Below are positions 9,009 to 19,762 of a stretch of 64,000 nucleotides of DNA, piece by piece. The stretch spans positions 32,001-96,000 of the IMG/VR virus record IMGVR_UViG_3300027782_000044; one strand, written 5' to 3'. Under the pieces are notes generated by a model, which searched no databases, was not told the DNA's origin, and saw only the letters and a list, made by a program, of their open reading frames with translations. How positions within the stretch are numbered: the stretch's first letter is position 1; every line of letters begins with the position of its first letter. A program made the position numbers and the translations under genes. This DNA is from a virus.

Positions 9009-10589
9009 CTAGTTGACTTGTCTTCCATCTCCTTTTGCATTTCTGCCCTCCCCAGATTTATCTGGGGAATTTGCTGATCTCTCTTGGTCACGAGTTCTAC
9101 TTTGAGTAGCCTGAGCCTTAATTTCGGCTGCCTGGGCTGCAAGGTCTACTGGGACATCTCCACCTTCTCGTGGGACCATTCCCATTCTTACTCTAATTTC
9201 ATTTGGAGTAATTACCTGGAATCTAAGATATCTTTCATCTATTTTAGACTGAGTATCTGCATCTGTTAGAGAAAGCTCATTGAACTTTAGATCCATTGCA
9301 TCAGTCATTTCTTGAATTATTTTACTTAGCTTTTTTTCTAGATTTTGCTGTGCTGGAAGACAAACTTGCTCTTTAAATGTCTTATCTGCGTCTCTAGCTG
9401 CAGCCAAGTTAATCCCTGCTGGGGTGCCAATTTTATTAATTGGTACTCTGTGAGCCATTAATATTTCATCTCTATTTGAATTCCTATACTTTTCAAATGA
9501 ACCTTCTTGCGCCCCTGCTTCAATTGGCTCCATTTTAAATTCAGTTTTTGAGTCTGGTGAGTCTGGTGGAAGTGGTATATATAAAGATCTGTGGTTCTTT
9601 CCCTTTAATCCGACCTGGAAAAATTCAAGCAATTTTCTTTCAGATTCTGGAGAAAGCTTTGCTCCCTTTACTGTAATAATGTATCGAGGGACCGCTTTAT
9701 TTTCAAAATAATCTAAGTTATATTTACCAGCAAATTCGTTTCCAGCCATTGCATTTTGTGCAGCAATTATATCTGGGATTCCATAATAGTTATTTTTTGG
9801 GGTGTACTTTTTTAAATGAATAATTTCGTTAGGTCTATCTTCTTGTCCTGCTATAGGGTTTATTGTTTCTGTATCCCCAAAGTTTCTAAAGAATACAGCC
9901 TTGCCGTAAAGAAGCTGTATAAAACCGTCTCTAAGGCGTCTCACACGCATTGTCTTTGAGGGTATGTGGCCAATGTACCCAATCTTTCCAGTCGTCGTTC
10001 TACCGACCTCCAGATAGCCATTACCAGTAGCCTCTACGTCAGTATAGAACTTAATAAGTGTTTCTTTAAAAGTTTCATCTTCGTTACAATCTTCAAGCCA
10101 TTTATGCAAGTCTTGCTTAATTCTATTCAGCTTCTTACGTGCTCTTTCTAATTGCTTTTCATCATTAATTTCATCTAAGGCATCCGTTGTCTTTTTTGAT
10201 TCAATAAAATCAAATCCAAGACCGACTATGTTTGCTACCTTTGCATTTATAGCAGCGTAGTTGTATGGAGAAATTTCATAAATTGTTGATAGATAATCTA
10301 AGTTGTATTCTGGTTGAATTAGATCAAACGTGGCGTACCCGCTAACTGCTTGTTGATGTTGAAGCTGCTGGCTTACTGCGCCGTCTTTTCCAACAAAAGA
10401 TTTTTGCAGATCTCTAGAAACTTTTCTTCTAAATGAAGCTCCCAGTCCTGAAAGCTTTAAAATATCTTCGCCCTCTATATCAAATAGATCGTCTGATTTT
10501 TGAGTGGTTGGATTATTAAATCTCATCCAGTCCGCCACGTTAGAAACCTCTATGTTATTAATAAGCATATCGTCTTCATTCTCAATCAT
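9009..10589 (-). CDS. Portal protein
   Basis: DVEATGNGYLEV, NEIIHLK, YYGIPD, YFENKAVP, ILMAHRVP, TPNEIR portal motifs. Confidence 0.92.
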   Translation of the reverse strand: MIENEDDMLINNIEVSNVADWMRFNNPTTQKSDDLFDIEGEDILKLSGLGASFRRKVSRDLQKSFVGKDGAVSQQLQHQQAVSGYATFDLIQPEYNLDYLSTIYEISPYNYAAINAKVANIVGLGFDFIESKKTTDALDEINDEKQLERARKKLNRIKQDLHKWLEDCNEDETFKETLIKFYTDVEATGNGYLEVGRTTTGKIGYIGHIPSKTMRVRRLRDGFIQLLYGKAVFFRNFGDTETINPIAGQEDRPNEIIHLKKYTPKNNYYGIPDIIAAQNAMAGNEFAGKYNLDYFENKAVPRYIITVKGAKLSPESERKLLEFFQVGLKGKNHRSLYIPLPPDSPDSKTEFKMEPIEAGAQEGSFEKYRNSNRDEILMAHRVPINKIGTPAGINLAAARDADKTFKEQVCLPAQQNLEKKLSKIIQEMTDAMDLKFNELSLTDADTQSKIDERYLRFQVITPNEIRVRMGMVPREGGDVPVDLAAQAAEIKAQATQSRTRDQERSANSPDKSGEGRNAKGDGRQVN

Positions 10590-10930
10590 TTTTTACCACC
10601 ATTCAGCTTAGCCATCTCTTCTTTATGTACACTAATATCTAAAGGATCTGGAGTAAGTCCCCATCTTAATCTTTGCTTTTGATACTCAAACTCTTCGTCG
10701 TCAATTTGTCTGCTTCCCTCAATAAACTTAGGCTGGCCGACGTCAATTCCATAGTGAGCAACTGCTGATGCTAGCAGAGCAATTCTTTCTTTATTACCAA
10801 TCATTGATGCTATTGATAGGAAGTTGTTGTCTTCATCTCCAACCCATCTGCCATCTGGCATCTCCCAGACATAAACACCCAATCTGGTATCCCCAGATTT
10901 CATTTGAGCATTAATTCTTTTTATGTCCAT
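10586..10930 (-). CDS. Hypothetical protein upstream of portal
   Basis: Clean ORF overlapping the portal start, with its own -10 element. Confidence 0.6.
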   Translation of the reverse strand: MDIKRINAQMKSGDTRLGVYVWEMPDGRWVGDEDNNFLSIASMIGNKERIALLASAVAHYGIDVGQPKFIEGSRQIDDEEFEYQKQRLRWGLTPDPLDISVHKEEMAKLNGGKK

Positions 10931-10993
10931 AGTTAATTATTTTACCATCTTTATGTCTACAAGTCCAGCCTTTTGTCACCTGACCTGACAAAA

Positions 10994-12757
10994 TTACAGA
11001 GTTTGGAACACTACCCTGTCTCTTGAATATGTTGACACGGGGCCTTGTGTCAATGACATTGACGATCCTTGCCCAACAGATAAAGGCTTTCCTATATAGA
11101 GGTCGTAATGCTCTTGGTGGCTAATTAGAGGATTTGTGTACAGTGCAATATTTTGATATAAATTATCTTCGAGGACTCCAGTTCTTACTCCCAAAAGCTG
11201 CTTGCCATTAAACCAGATCTGACCACTTACTATTGAATTGGTTTTTATTAATATATAGTTAGGCTCATCTATATATAAGTATGAGGATATATTTGTTGCT
11301 GAGGATGCATCTTGGCCATTAATATAGATATTGCTTATATTGGCTTTTGATATTGCTCCGCCTGCCGCCCAAGAAAGGTAGGTTTCTGTAGATCCAGTTT
11401 TGTTAAATATTAAGTGGCCACTAGATAATGATTTTGGAGTAAATATCATTTCAATATTTCTAACATCTTCTGCTGAGTTTATAAAAAATGCTGAAGATTT
11501 TGGCCTTATACCGTTGTCATAGTTTCTGGTTCTAATTGGATATTTATTGTTGGACACATCAAAATCCCAAGTGCCCCCAATGGTTGGTTGCGAAGTAGAT
11601 AGAGTACTTCCTCCATTATGAGAAAACATCTTCTTCTCAGAATGAAAATAAATCTTTAAAGAGTAAAGTTCTGGCAAGTAAATGTCTGAGTTTGTAGATG
11701 TAAATACAAATCTAAAGTATAGTATTTTGGTTGAAGAAAATGCAGAACCTTGAGAAAAGCCTGGTATTGATGATCCATTTACACACGGTGTCCACGGTCC
11801 AGTTTCAGATGTTTCCGACACATATACTGAGACTCCTTTTGAAGCTACCCACTCTATCTTTGAAGATACATATTGATTTGTAATGTTTAAAACTATATCT
11901 TCTACAAATTCTCCGCTAGTAAATCCTGAATTTAAATAAATGCTATTGTTATTTTGATTATACGAAATTGCTGCATTATCATATATGAGGTCTTTCCAAG
12001 GTACCTGAACTGGATAAACATATTTTGTTGTTATGTCTTGGTATCTTTCTGCGCCTCTAAATAACTCACCTAACTCTGGAACTGCAATCTGCTCATCATT
12101 ATTTAAAAATAAATTATTGTAGTGTGATAGTATTGAGTTTCCAGAAAGAGCATATCTGTAAACTGCTGGGCAGTCTATTATAAAATGTTCACCTGCTGGC
12201 GCTGGTCCACATGATAGTGTTATACTTGTATTTGTAAAAGATATGGATATAGGTTTGCTTTCAACTAAAACTCCATCTATATACAAACTCATTGAGCTTA
12301 TAGAATACACTCCAACAATATGAAGCACTCTATTTGGATTAGGAACAGAGTAATCAAGCCTTTCATTTTCTAATTTAAATACTACGTTGCCATTATCCCA
12401 ATACAAACCAATTCCGTCTATGTCTGCAAATATTGGAGTTATAGATGTTAGCGTTTTTGGATGAAACCATGCTTCAAGCGTAAAGTCATTGTCATATGTT
12501 GATGGTGTTCCAAAACCTCCTGTGCCTGTGGTTCCAGAAAAATCTTTTGAAATAACAAACTGAATTGATTTAGTGCTATCTATTTTATTTGAATGTCGGC
12601 CACCAGAAACTATTGGCATGCCCGATATTTCAATTCCACCTACATAAGATCCATTATTACCGCAACCAGAAATATCATAAGCAACAGAACCTGAAGTCTC
12701 ATCAAGCTTCCATAGTCCAGTAGGTAAATCTTTTATTGTAGAAAGATAGTATGACAT
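10994..12757 (-). CDS. LamG/concanavalin A-like domain virion protein
   Basis: WKLDETSGSVAYDISG.GNNG, FTLEAW, HIVGVY....MSLYIDG LamG signature. Confidence 0.75.
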   Translation of the reverse strand: MSYYLSTIKDLPTGLWKLDETSGSVAYDISGCGNNGSYVGGIEISGMPIVSGGRHSNKIDSTKSIQFVISKDFSGTTGTGGFGTPSTYDNDFTLEAWFHPKTLTSITPIFADIDGIGLYWDNGNVVFKLENERLDYSVPNPNRVLHIVGVYSISSMSLYIDGVLVESKPISISFTNTSITLSCGPAPAGEHFIIDCPAVYRYALSGNSILSHYNNLFLNNDEQIAVPELGELFRGAERYQDITTKYVYPVQVPWKDLIYDNAAISYNQNNNSIYLNSGFTSGEFVEDIVLNITNQYVSSKIEWVASKGVSVYVSETSETGPWTPCVNGSSIPGFSQGSAFSSTKILYFRFVFTSTNSDIYLPELYSLKIYFHSEKKMFSHNGGSTLSTSQPTIGGTWDFDVSNNKYPIRTRNYDNGIRPKSSAFFINSAEDVRNIEMIFTPKSLSSGHLIFNKTGSTETYLSWAAGGAISKANISNIYINGQDASSATNISSYLYIDEPNYILIKTNSIVSGQIWFNGKQLLGVRTGVLEDNLYQNIALYTNPLISHQEHYDLYIGKPLSVGQGSSMSLTQGPVSTYSRDRVVFQTL

Positions 12758-12955
12758 TATTTCCTAAAAAATATCTTTTTAAATTTCCTTAACATATTAG
12801 AGGCAGATTGTTTATTTTTTTCATAAGCAGCGTCTGTTCTTTCAGTAAAGGCATGGCTCTTAAAGTACGGGTTGAATTGAAGGTCTGTAAAGTGCCTTCT
12901 AGGGATTCTTTTATAAGGAGTCATATTTAATATTATACTACAACAACTGCCAAAA

Positions 12956-13429
12956 TCAAGAGTCTAGTTTTTTATCAATTCCCAGATTTGATAAGAATCT
13001 TTCTGGGTCAAATCTCCAATTATCTTTGGCAAATGAGGTCATTATTTCCATGCAGGTATCTTCGTATGCTTGAATTGAGATTAAAGGCTTTAATTTCAAT
13101 AGGGTCTCTGTGACATCAATATAATTTGTTCTTAAAAAGCTAGGGTCTCCAGCCTGATTTCTCTTAAAGACCTTTTCATTAATTCTTCCATTGGGCTCAT
13201 ACAATCTAACTGTTAGATACTGCTTTGCAAAGCCCCAGTCTTCATACATATTATATGCTTCTGCTGCTTCAATTGCGTTAGGAAAGAAGATAATTGATCT
13301 TGCTGGTTCTTCCCCGTCTCTTGCAATTGTAAGCATATAGGCATCACCTTTTTTATTAGCTACCGCTTCAAGATACTCTTTAACTACATCGTGATGCTCT
13401 TGCTTTAGTTGTCCGCTCATTACGTCCAT
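12956..13429 (-). CDS. Hypothetical protein
   Basis: ORF coupled to upstream gene; C-terminal FAKDNWRFDPERF motif shared with 40478..40669. Confidence 0.55.
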   Translation of the reverse strand: MDVMSGQLKQEHHDVVKEYLEAVANKKGDAYMLTIARDGEEPARSIIFFPNAIEAAEAYNMYEDWGFAKQYLTVRLYEPNGRINEKVFKRNQAGDPSFLRTNYIDVTETLLKLKPLISIQAYEDTCMEIMTSFAKDNWRFDPERFLSNLGIDKKLDS

Positions 13430-14007
13430 CCCATGTTAAAATGTTCTCTATATTCTAGATAATCAATTGCATACGGGTCTACCCACCAGTCTTCATGCCA
13501 TTGCCTTACAACTAGCTTATAGCCGAGAGAGGATAAGATTTCTCGTTGGGCTTCTCTCATGCCTTTATTATTATATTCAATTTGGGCATCATGCTCAAAA
13601 GTTATTATAGAGTATCTGTATTTGCTTAATGGAACTGCTAATAGTCCATGCAGTGTTAGATAGGGATTTCCTACAGCATTTCCTTGTGGCGTATATCCAG
13701 CATCAATATCTACTTGCAGGTAATCAATTTGTTTTGGGAAATTATTTTCTTCAAAATATGAAAGGTAATTAAAATGCGTAGCATCTCCAAGGATACATGG
13801 GTTTTTTCTATTTGATACAAACTCTGCGTGTCTTTGCTTGTCTATCTCAAATGATACGCCGTTCCAATTATAGTCTGTTTCTAGATGATAGGTGTTGCTT
13901 CCTTGCTTTGAATCAAAAGCACCAAGCTCTACGTAAAACCCATTTTCTTTATTTTTAAGTAACTGAGTAACAAATCTTTCTTGACCACTATTACCTTTAT
14001 ATTCCAT
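13420..14007 (-). CDS. FkbM-like SAM-dependent methyltransferase
   Basis: GFYVELGAFD..GSNTY.LE...NWNGVSFE, IDYLQVDID, ITFEHD. Confidence 0.8.
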   Translation of the reverse strand: MEYKGNSGQERFVTQLLKNKENGFYVELGAFDSKQGSNTYHLETDYNWNGVSFEIDKQRHAEFVSNRKNPCILGDATHFNYLSYFEENNFPKQIDYLQVDIDAGYTPQGNAVGNPYLTLHGLLAVPLSKYRYSIITFEHDAQIEYNNKGMREAQREILSSLGYKLVVRQWHEDWWVDPYAIDYLEYREHFNMGWT

Positions 14008-14587
14008 TTATTTCTCCAAAAACATCTTTATTCAAAGACACAACTTCATTTAGTTTATGCTTTGCAAACATTGTAGATATGTATCTAGTTATATTATCTT
14101 GAACTGGAAGTGTTCCATGAAGTATCTCTCCAGCATGCAGAAGCAATGATCCTGCAATTGGTTTATGGGTTATCCCAAGATCTGGATACCTTAGCTCTCC
14201 GCCTTTATAGTCATCATTATAATAAATAACTACTCCATAAAAAACCTGTTCTCCATTAAGTCTGTGGCCATCATGATCATCTGTATGCTCACCAAGGGCA
14301 TCGTTTAGCATATATCTTTGAAGATTTATTCCAGTTACTTCTAGATTTCCATTAAATAAATTACAGACTCTTTTATATATATCACTAAATATAGACTCTT
14401 TATTTACTAAACTGCTATTTAAAACTTTGTCTGTCCAAAAATCATACTGTATACCCTCTTCAGACCAATCTAAATTATCTTTAGATTCAGCAAACTGCAT
14501 TACCTGATCAAGCTCGTCTTGTGTTATAAAATTTTGTATTTCATAAACTTGATCAGATAACTTTGCAATTTTATAGTCTAACATCAA
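13997..14587 (-). CDS. 2OG-Fe(II) oxygenase, prolyl 4-hydroxylase-like
   Basis: HTD...YYNDDYKGGEL...HGT....R. Confidence 0.88.
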   Translation of the reverse strand: MMLDYKIAKLSDQVYEIQNFITQDELDQVMQFAESKDNLDWSEEGIQYDFWTDKVLNSSLVNKESIFSDIYKRVCNLFNGNLEVTGINLQRYMLNDALGEHTDDHDGHRLNGEQVFYGVVIYYNDDYKGGELRYPDLGITHKPIAGSLLLHAGEILHGTLPVQDNITRYISTMFAKHKLNEVVSLNKDVFGEINGI

Positions 14588-14592
14588 CTACA

Positions 14593-15351
14593 TTATTCTT
14601 GGTTTTGTTCGTGATAGGCCTTTATGTATTCTTCTGATGGTCCACCTGGGCCACCTACAACATAACCATCAACAAATATAAATCCAGGAGTAATAAACTT
14701 TTCTCCTTCTTTCATAATATGAACTTGGTGCTTGTATGGATCTGTAGATGGGAAAATTAATGCGCTTCCAGCTTTTGGCTTTGCAGTAAATGTGACCATG
14801 TCTTTAGTCCTTGGGTCTAGCGCATCATCTGGTGGTCTAAGATGACCATTCATTTCTAATCTTAGATCTTCTGGTCTAATAACAAACGATATTTCTCCGC
14901 CTTCATAGTCATCATTCCAGTAAATAATAATTGACCACTCTAGGCTATTATCTCCAGCTTGTCTATCAAAGTGAGCTCCCATTGCACAGCCTGGAATATA
15001 CTTTTGTATACCAACAAACGGTGATACGTTTGGAACTCCCTTAAGGCCTCGATCAACAATAAAAGACTCTGATATATTCTTAATAGCATTTCTAATTGTT
15101 GATATAATTAGGTCGACATCTTTTCTTAAATCATCATCTAGGTTTTCTACTTCAGAAAGGTTAAAATCTTTTTTCTTTCCAAAGATGTTGCCGTCTCTGC
15201 TACTTGAATTCCAGTTTTTCCAGCTTGGAATAACCTTATGAACTCTTTCATCAGAATCAAGCTTATTAACTAAATCAATAATTGCCTGGGGGTTCTCAAT
15301 TACATCTGAATACATGTAAACATTTTCATGTAATTTTTCTTCTAGCTTCAT
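14593..15351 (-). CDS. 2OG-Fe(II) oxygenase, prolyl 4-hydroxylase-like
   Basis: HFD...YWNDDYEGGEI...FPS..PYKHQV. Confidence 0.88.
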   Translation of the reverse strand: MKLEEKLHENVYMYSDVIENPQAIIDLVNKLDSDERVHKVIPSWKNWNSSSRDGNIFGKKKDFNLSEVENLDDDLRKDVDLIISTIRNAIKNISESFIVDRGLKGVPNVSPFVGIQKYIPGCAMGAHFDRQAGDNSLEWSIIIYWNDDYEGGEISFVIRPEDLRLEMNGHLRPPDDALDPRTKDMVTFTAKPKAGSALIFPSTDPYKHQVHIMKEGEKFITPGFIFVDGYVVGGPGGPSEEYIKAYHEQNQE

Positions 15352-16094
15352 TTGTCGTTCTCCTCTATTTTATATTTATTTCCATCTAGATCTATTCGGT
15401 ATCCTTCTTTTAATGCATCTTGCCATTCTGACTTTATAACTTCCTGCTCTTCTCTAATTTTTTTCATTTCTGCATCCCAAGCGTCTATTGTTTCTTGTGG
15501 ATATGATTCTGGTGACCGATCATCCCAAAATGAACCTAGGGTGTATCTTATTCCAGAAGTTATCATTGTAACCTCATGAGTATTATCAAAGCCTCCTGCA
15601 AAAGCTGCTAGCGTTCCAGTCTCTGGGACAAGTGTATGATTTTGCTTGTTAAATATTAACTGACCGCCCTCAAACTCATCATTTAAATACAAGAAGGCTG
15701 CGTATCTACTTCTTTCAAATGGGCCAGTGTTTCCCTGCAAATCTGTATTGTCAGAATGCTCTTTAGCATAAGCTCCTGGCTCCCACTTTTGAGCATGAAA
15801 TCCAATTTTATGAATATCAAATGAAGAATTTCCATGCACCTCAGCTACAGCATCAATAATTCTATTTTGAAGAACTGAAAAAAAATCTGATGGCAAGCCG
15901 AACTGCTCTAGTTCTTCATCTCCGTCTTGGGGCAAAACTGATGAGTATGATTCATAGAAAGTGATAGGTGTCCAAGATAGCTTTTCATTTGCAACCTGCG
16001 CTTCTAAAACTTTTATAATTGCGGAAGATTCTTCTTTTGTTAAAAAGTTTTTAAACACTAAAATATCTGGCGTTAATCTTTCTGAAATACTCAT
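15348..16094 (-). CDS. 2OG-Fe(II) oxygenase, prolyl 4-hydroxylase-like
   Basis: HSD...YLNDEFEGGQL...HEV...GIRY. Confidence 0.88.
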   Translation of the reverse strand: MSISERLTPDILVFKNFLTKEESSAIIKVLEAQVANEKLSWTPITFYESYSSVLPQDGDEELEQFGLPSDFFSVLQNRIIDAVAEVHGNSSFDIHKIGFHAQKWEPGAYAKEHSDNTDLQGNTGPFERSRYAAFLYLNDEFEGGQLIFNKQNHTLVPETGTLAAFAGGFDNTHEVTMITSGIRYTLGSFWDDRSPESYPQETIDAWDAEMKKIREEQEVIKSEWQDALKEGYRIDLDGNKYKIEENDK

Positions 16095-16822
16095 TTATTT
16101 ATATCTCCATCTAGTAGTGTTCTATGATATTTTTTATTTGGATCTGGTTGGTTTTCTCCAGTATGCTCTAAAATTTCCCAGAAAAATGGACAAGTGTATC
16201 TTATAGCACCTTTAATTTCAGTTACTCCGTGGATATAATTCATATCGCCTGGGAAAAAATAAGCTGCTCCCTTTTTAGGTTTAAATTGAACTCCCTGTAG
16301 TGGAAAATATAATTCCCCACCTTCGTAATCATCATTCAAATAAAATAAGCTTGATAGATCGTAGTATGGAAAATCATTTGGCAATCCAATATCTGGAAGT
16401 TCATGAAGCTCTTTATCTGCATGTGGTTTCTGGAACTGTCCAGGAAGCCAACGAACAATTGTTGTTCCAGTTGGAGTTACTTTAACTTTATAAAAATCTT
16501 CAACAATTGGTTTTAGTCTTTCAAACAAACCCTGGAGAACGGGCCTAATTGCTGGATCATTTTTGTCTAAAGATGGGCTTGTGCAGACTCTATCTTTCCA
16601 ATAATTATGATCATATACGGTTGTACCATTTTCATTTACATGGCTCTCCGTTACATCCCAAATGGTAATCTTTCTAGCAGCTGCTTCAAGAAACTCTATT
16701 TCTTCTTGTGTCATAAAGTTTTCTAGCTCAACTATCATGTCCTTGCCAGATCCAAAAAATCCAGATGGGGTTAAAGATGGAGTCTTGTATACGACTGAAG
16801 CGTCTTGATTTGTTTGATTCAT
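16091..16822 (-). CDS. 2OG-Fe(II) oxygenase, prolyl 4-hydroxylase-like
   Basis: HAD...YLNDDYEGGEL...HGV...RY. Confidence 0.88.
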   Translation of the reverse strand: MNQTNQDASVVYKTPSLTPSGFFGSGKDMIVELENFMTQEEIEFLEAAARKITIWDVTESHVNENGTTVYDHNYWKDRVCTSPSLDKNDPAIRPVLQGLFERLKPIVEDFYKVKVTPTGTTIVRWLPGQFQKPHADKELHELPDIGLPNDFPYYDLSSLFYLNDDYEGGELYFPLQGVQFKPKKGAAYFFPGDMNYIHGVTEIKGAIRYTCPFFWEILEHTGENQPDPNKKYHRTLLDGDINK

Positions 16823-16834
16823 ATTCTTATTATA

Positions 16835-17551
16835 TCATTTCTCATTGCTTGAAGTAAGGTCAGTAATTTTTAACTTTAAAGACTTAACCTCATGGCTTCC
16901 AAGGACGGTGCCATCGTAATCTACTGCATCTCTATAGAAATTTGTGAATCCACCTGATTGAGTAATTTTATCCCAGGCCTTAAGTCTCGCTTGTCTACGT
17001 ATATGCTCTGACTCAGTAAATACTTTATCTTTTACTTCGAGCTCTACATTTTGATACTCTGACAAAGATATAGGGATAAATGTTGCCACTGGCATGCCCG
17101 CTGGAATCTTTATAACAGTATTCGGTCTTGTTATTTTCCATGCAATTGGTATGCCCTCTTTTAAAACAGATGTTGAAATAATTGTTGTAAATGGAGTAGC
17201 TCCATCTACAAAAAAATTAGGAGGAACTATTTGAAGCATTGAAACATTTGGATCCGTCTCAAAGAAAAACCCAGAGTAAAAACTAATTGTGCCATTTGCT
17301 CTTTGGCCAGTAGCAACTTGTGCTGGATCCGATATTATCTTTACATGATCTGGAGTCGTATCTGAAATACCATCCCAACTGAACTCAATATCATCTAAAA
17401 ATGAGATTGACCAACCAATTGTATTTGCCAAAGAAACTGGAAAACATTTGTATGCATGGGCATTTAGAGTTTCATCCATCCAGTCTCTTTTAACTTTAGT
17501 TTGTTCTATTTTAGACCTAGTCTGTTTATTTTTATAGGCTGTTATTTTCAT
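16835..17551 (-). CDS. DUF6065-like protein
   Basis: RDWMD.T...HAY.C.P..LAN..GW and WKITRP...I.IPAG.P resemble DUF6065; start moved to MKITAY. Confidence 0.65.
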   Translation of the reverse strand: MKITAYKNKQTRSKIEQTKVKRDWMDETLNAHAYKCFPVSLANTIGWSISFLDDIEFSWDGISDTTPDHVKIISDPAQVATGQRANGTISFYSGFFFETDPNVSMLQIVPPNFFVDGATPFTTIISTSVLKEGIPIAWKITRPNTVIKIPAGMPVATFIPISLSEYQNVELEVKDKVFTESEHIRRQARLKAWDKITQSGGFTNFYRDAVDYDGTVLGSHEVKSLKLKITDLTSSNEK

Positions 17552-18242
17552 TGATTTCGTTATCCCATTTTGGATCATACATCTCTTGAGTATGAAATTT
17601 TTTACTATAGTCAAGCATAGTTACTATAGAATATTTTGTTCCTTTGGTTACAGCTTTTGCTTGATGAGGGTACATAAAGTTAGATGGGAAAATATAAAGG
17701 TCTCCAGCTCTTGGCTTAATATCTAGGCCCTGAAGTCTAAAATACAATCCTCCATCATCATAGTCATCGTTAACATAACCAACCAAGGACACAACGCAAT
17801 TATAAGAATATCCGTGGTCTTGGTGCTCCATAAAATGTTGGCTTTCTCCATATTTAATAAAATTAAAAGCTTCCCAATATTTAAGCTCCATAATATTATG
17901 CGCTTTGCAGTAATCTACAACTACTGGATATTGAGCATCATAAACATCTTGCCATAGAGATTTTAACTTTTCAGCATCTTCACTTTTATCAAGAGCTATA
18001 TCGCTTTTTTTAAATTTGAAATCTACGCAATCTCTATAGTCTGGCATTAACTGTTGATACCCAACATAAGCTGGCTGATAAGAATATCTTTTTTCTTTAC
18101 TGCCAACTGGACCAACTGAGCCTTCAAGTCTATTTATAATGTCAAATTCTTTTTTTAATACGTCTCTATATACAAATATTCCAGGAGCCAACTCTTCTTT
18201 GCTACTCCATGTTGGAGATGTGCTTTTCTTTTCTGTTGTCAT
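17532..18242 (-). CDS. 2OG-Fe(II) oxygenase, prolyl 4-hydroxylase-like
   Basis: HQD...YVNDDYDDGGL...FPSNFMYPH...GTKY. Confidence 0.88.
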   Translation of the reverse strand: MTTEKKSTSPTWSSKEELAPGIFVYRDVLKKEFDIINRLEGSVGPVGSKEKRYSYQPAYVGYQQLMPDYRDCVDFKFKKSDIALDKSEDAEKLKSLWQDVYDAQYPVVVDYCKAHNIMELKYWEAFNFIKYGESQHFMEHQDHGYSYNCVVSLVGYVNDDYDDGGLYFRLQGLDIKPRAGDLYIFPSNFMYPHQAKAVTKGTKYSIVTMLDYSKKFHTQEMYDPKWDNEINENNSL

Positions 18243-19000
18243 TTATATTCTCTCTTTTTCCAAATTTTTGACTTATACACTCCACCGTCGGGCTGACGAT
18301 AAAACTTTGCATTATCCATTAGTTTTTTTTGCATTTCTTTTACATCAAGATACTCAACTTCGTGGCTCCAGTCTTCTCTTTTAAATGGAAGTACTTGTAG
18401 AAATGGTGTGCCTTTTGGGACAGTTCCTTCCCAATCTTTTGCAATAAAAAATGGAAATGTACCAAGTAAGTGGACCTCATCATTATCAACAATACCGCTG
18501 GTATTCAAGAAAGGCAAATCAAATCTATTCATTGGTGTCATAAATAATGCACTGTATCCTTTTGGAACTTGAATTCCCCATTCTGGGTACCAAGCAAAAT
18601 GATCTTCGTGATAACCAACTGGAGATGGAAATTGCTGCATAGGAGGTCTTTCTGTTACAAAGCCTACATGCTTTTTATCTTTTATCTCTACAGATATTTT
18701 TCCCTTTTTATTTTTTGAAAAAAATAAATCGCATGGCGTGCTTAATACATATCCAGTCATAAATGCATCTAGTATTGCTGGGCAAGCCTTCCATGTTGGA
18801 ATTTTACCATAGTCATCTTTTGTGCCTTCCCTTGGGATAGGGCAAACCTCTTTAGTGGCTTTATAGTATTCTCCATTTGGCATTTTTGCAAATCTGTCCG
18901 CCTCTTTGTACCATTCAGGAATACTGCCCTGAGTTGGCTTTGGTAAAGAAGGGCTGAATTTATCTAGCCATGGTCTAAAAGATTGAAATAGTATTTTAAT
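18239..19000 (-). CDS. Hypothetical oxygenase-associated protein (DUF6065/dUTPase-like beta fold)
   Basis: PEWYK...TWKACPAILD...GY, PKGYS.LF..P.NR, GIVD.D, GTP..Q..PFKRE; frame open upstream of the listed ATG (18883) to an ATT at 19000. Confidence 0.6.
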   Translation of the reverse strand: MKILFQSFRPWLDKFSPSLPKPTQGSIPEWYKEADRFAKMPNGEYYKATKEVCPIPREGTKDDYGKIPTWKACPAILDAFMTGYVLSTPCDLFFSKNKKGKISVEIKDKKHVGFVTERPPMQQFPSPVGYHEDHFAWYPEWGIQVPKGYSALFMTPMNRFDLPFLNTSGIVDNDEVHLLGTFPFFIAKDWEGTVPKGTPFLQVLPFKREDWSHEVEYLDVKEMQKKLMDNAKFYRQPDGGVYKSKIWKKREYK

Positions 19001-19700
19001 ATTTTTGTCCAGTCTCTTCTTTATGATAGAGATCGTTATAATCCATCATAATAACTACAGAATATTTTGTTCCAGATGATATATTTAAAGAAGCATGCTC
19101 GTAAACAAAGTTAGATGGAAACAGTATTATATCTCCTGCTTTTGGTTTTAAAATCATATCATGTCTTGGAAATTCAATTTCTCCGCCCACGTAATCATCA
19201 TTTAAATATACAACTGCTGATACCGTACATGTGTAATATGGACCATGGTCAGCATGTATTTTAAAAAACTCTCCTGGTAAATATTTTACAAAGTTAAATG
19301 CTTCTTTATAATTAATATTAAAATTCCATTCTGATTCATAATGTCTTAATGCTTTATTTAATCCAATATCAACAATATCATAGCATTCTCTTAAAACATC
19401 ACTGTCAGAAATATATTTACCAATTTGATCTTTTTTAAATTTTAAATCATAACAATTTCTGGCATGAGTAGTTCTATCTTTTCCATTAACTCTTGCGCCA
19501 TTCCATTGAATTCCAACTTTTTCTAAAGATATTTCTTCTTCAAGCATGGCAATTAGATTTTGGCAGTCTTCTTTACTTATTGCATTTCTATAAAGATTTA
19601 TCCCGTATTCAAGGTTTTCAACAACAATGTTTTCATCAATTTTTTTTGATTCAACTCTTGAAGTTGTTTTTTCAATTCTTGGTAGGTCATACCATTCCAT
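18996..19700 (-). CDS. 2OG-Fe(II) oxygenase, prolyl 4-hydroxylase-like
   Basis: HAD...YLNDDYVGGEI...FPSNFVYEH...GTKY; paralogue of 17532..18242. Confidence 0.88.
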   Translation of the reverse strand: MEWYDLPRIEKTTSRVESKKIDENIVVENLEYGINLYRNAISKEDCQNLIAMLEEEISLEKVGIQWNGARVNGKDRTTHARNCYDLKFKKDQIGKYISDSDVLRECYDIVDIGLNKALRHYESEWNFNINYKEAFNFVKYLPGEFFKIHADHGPYYTCTVSAVVYLNDDYVGGEIEFPRHDMILKPKAGDIILFPSNFVYEHASLNISSGTKYSVVIMMDYNDLYHKEETGQKY

Positions 19701-19762
19701 AGTATCTCATTTCTACTATAACATCTTATCATACTATTCAAGAAAAGAAAAGTATATTTTAT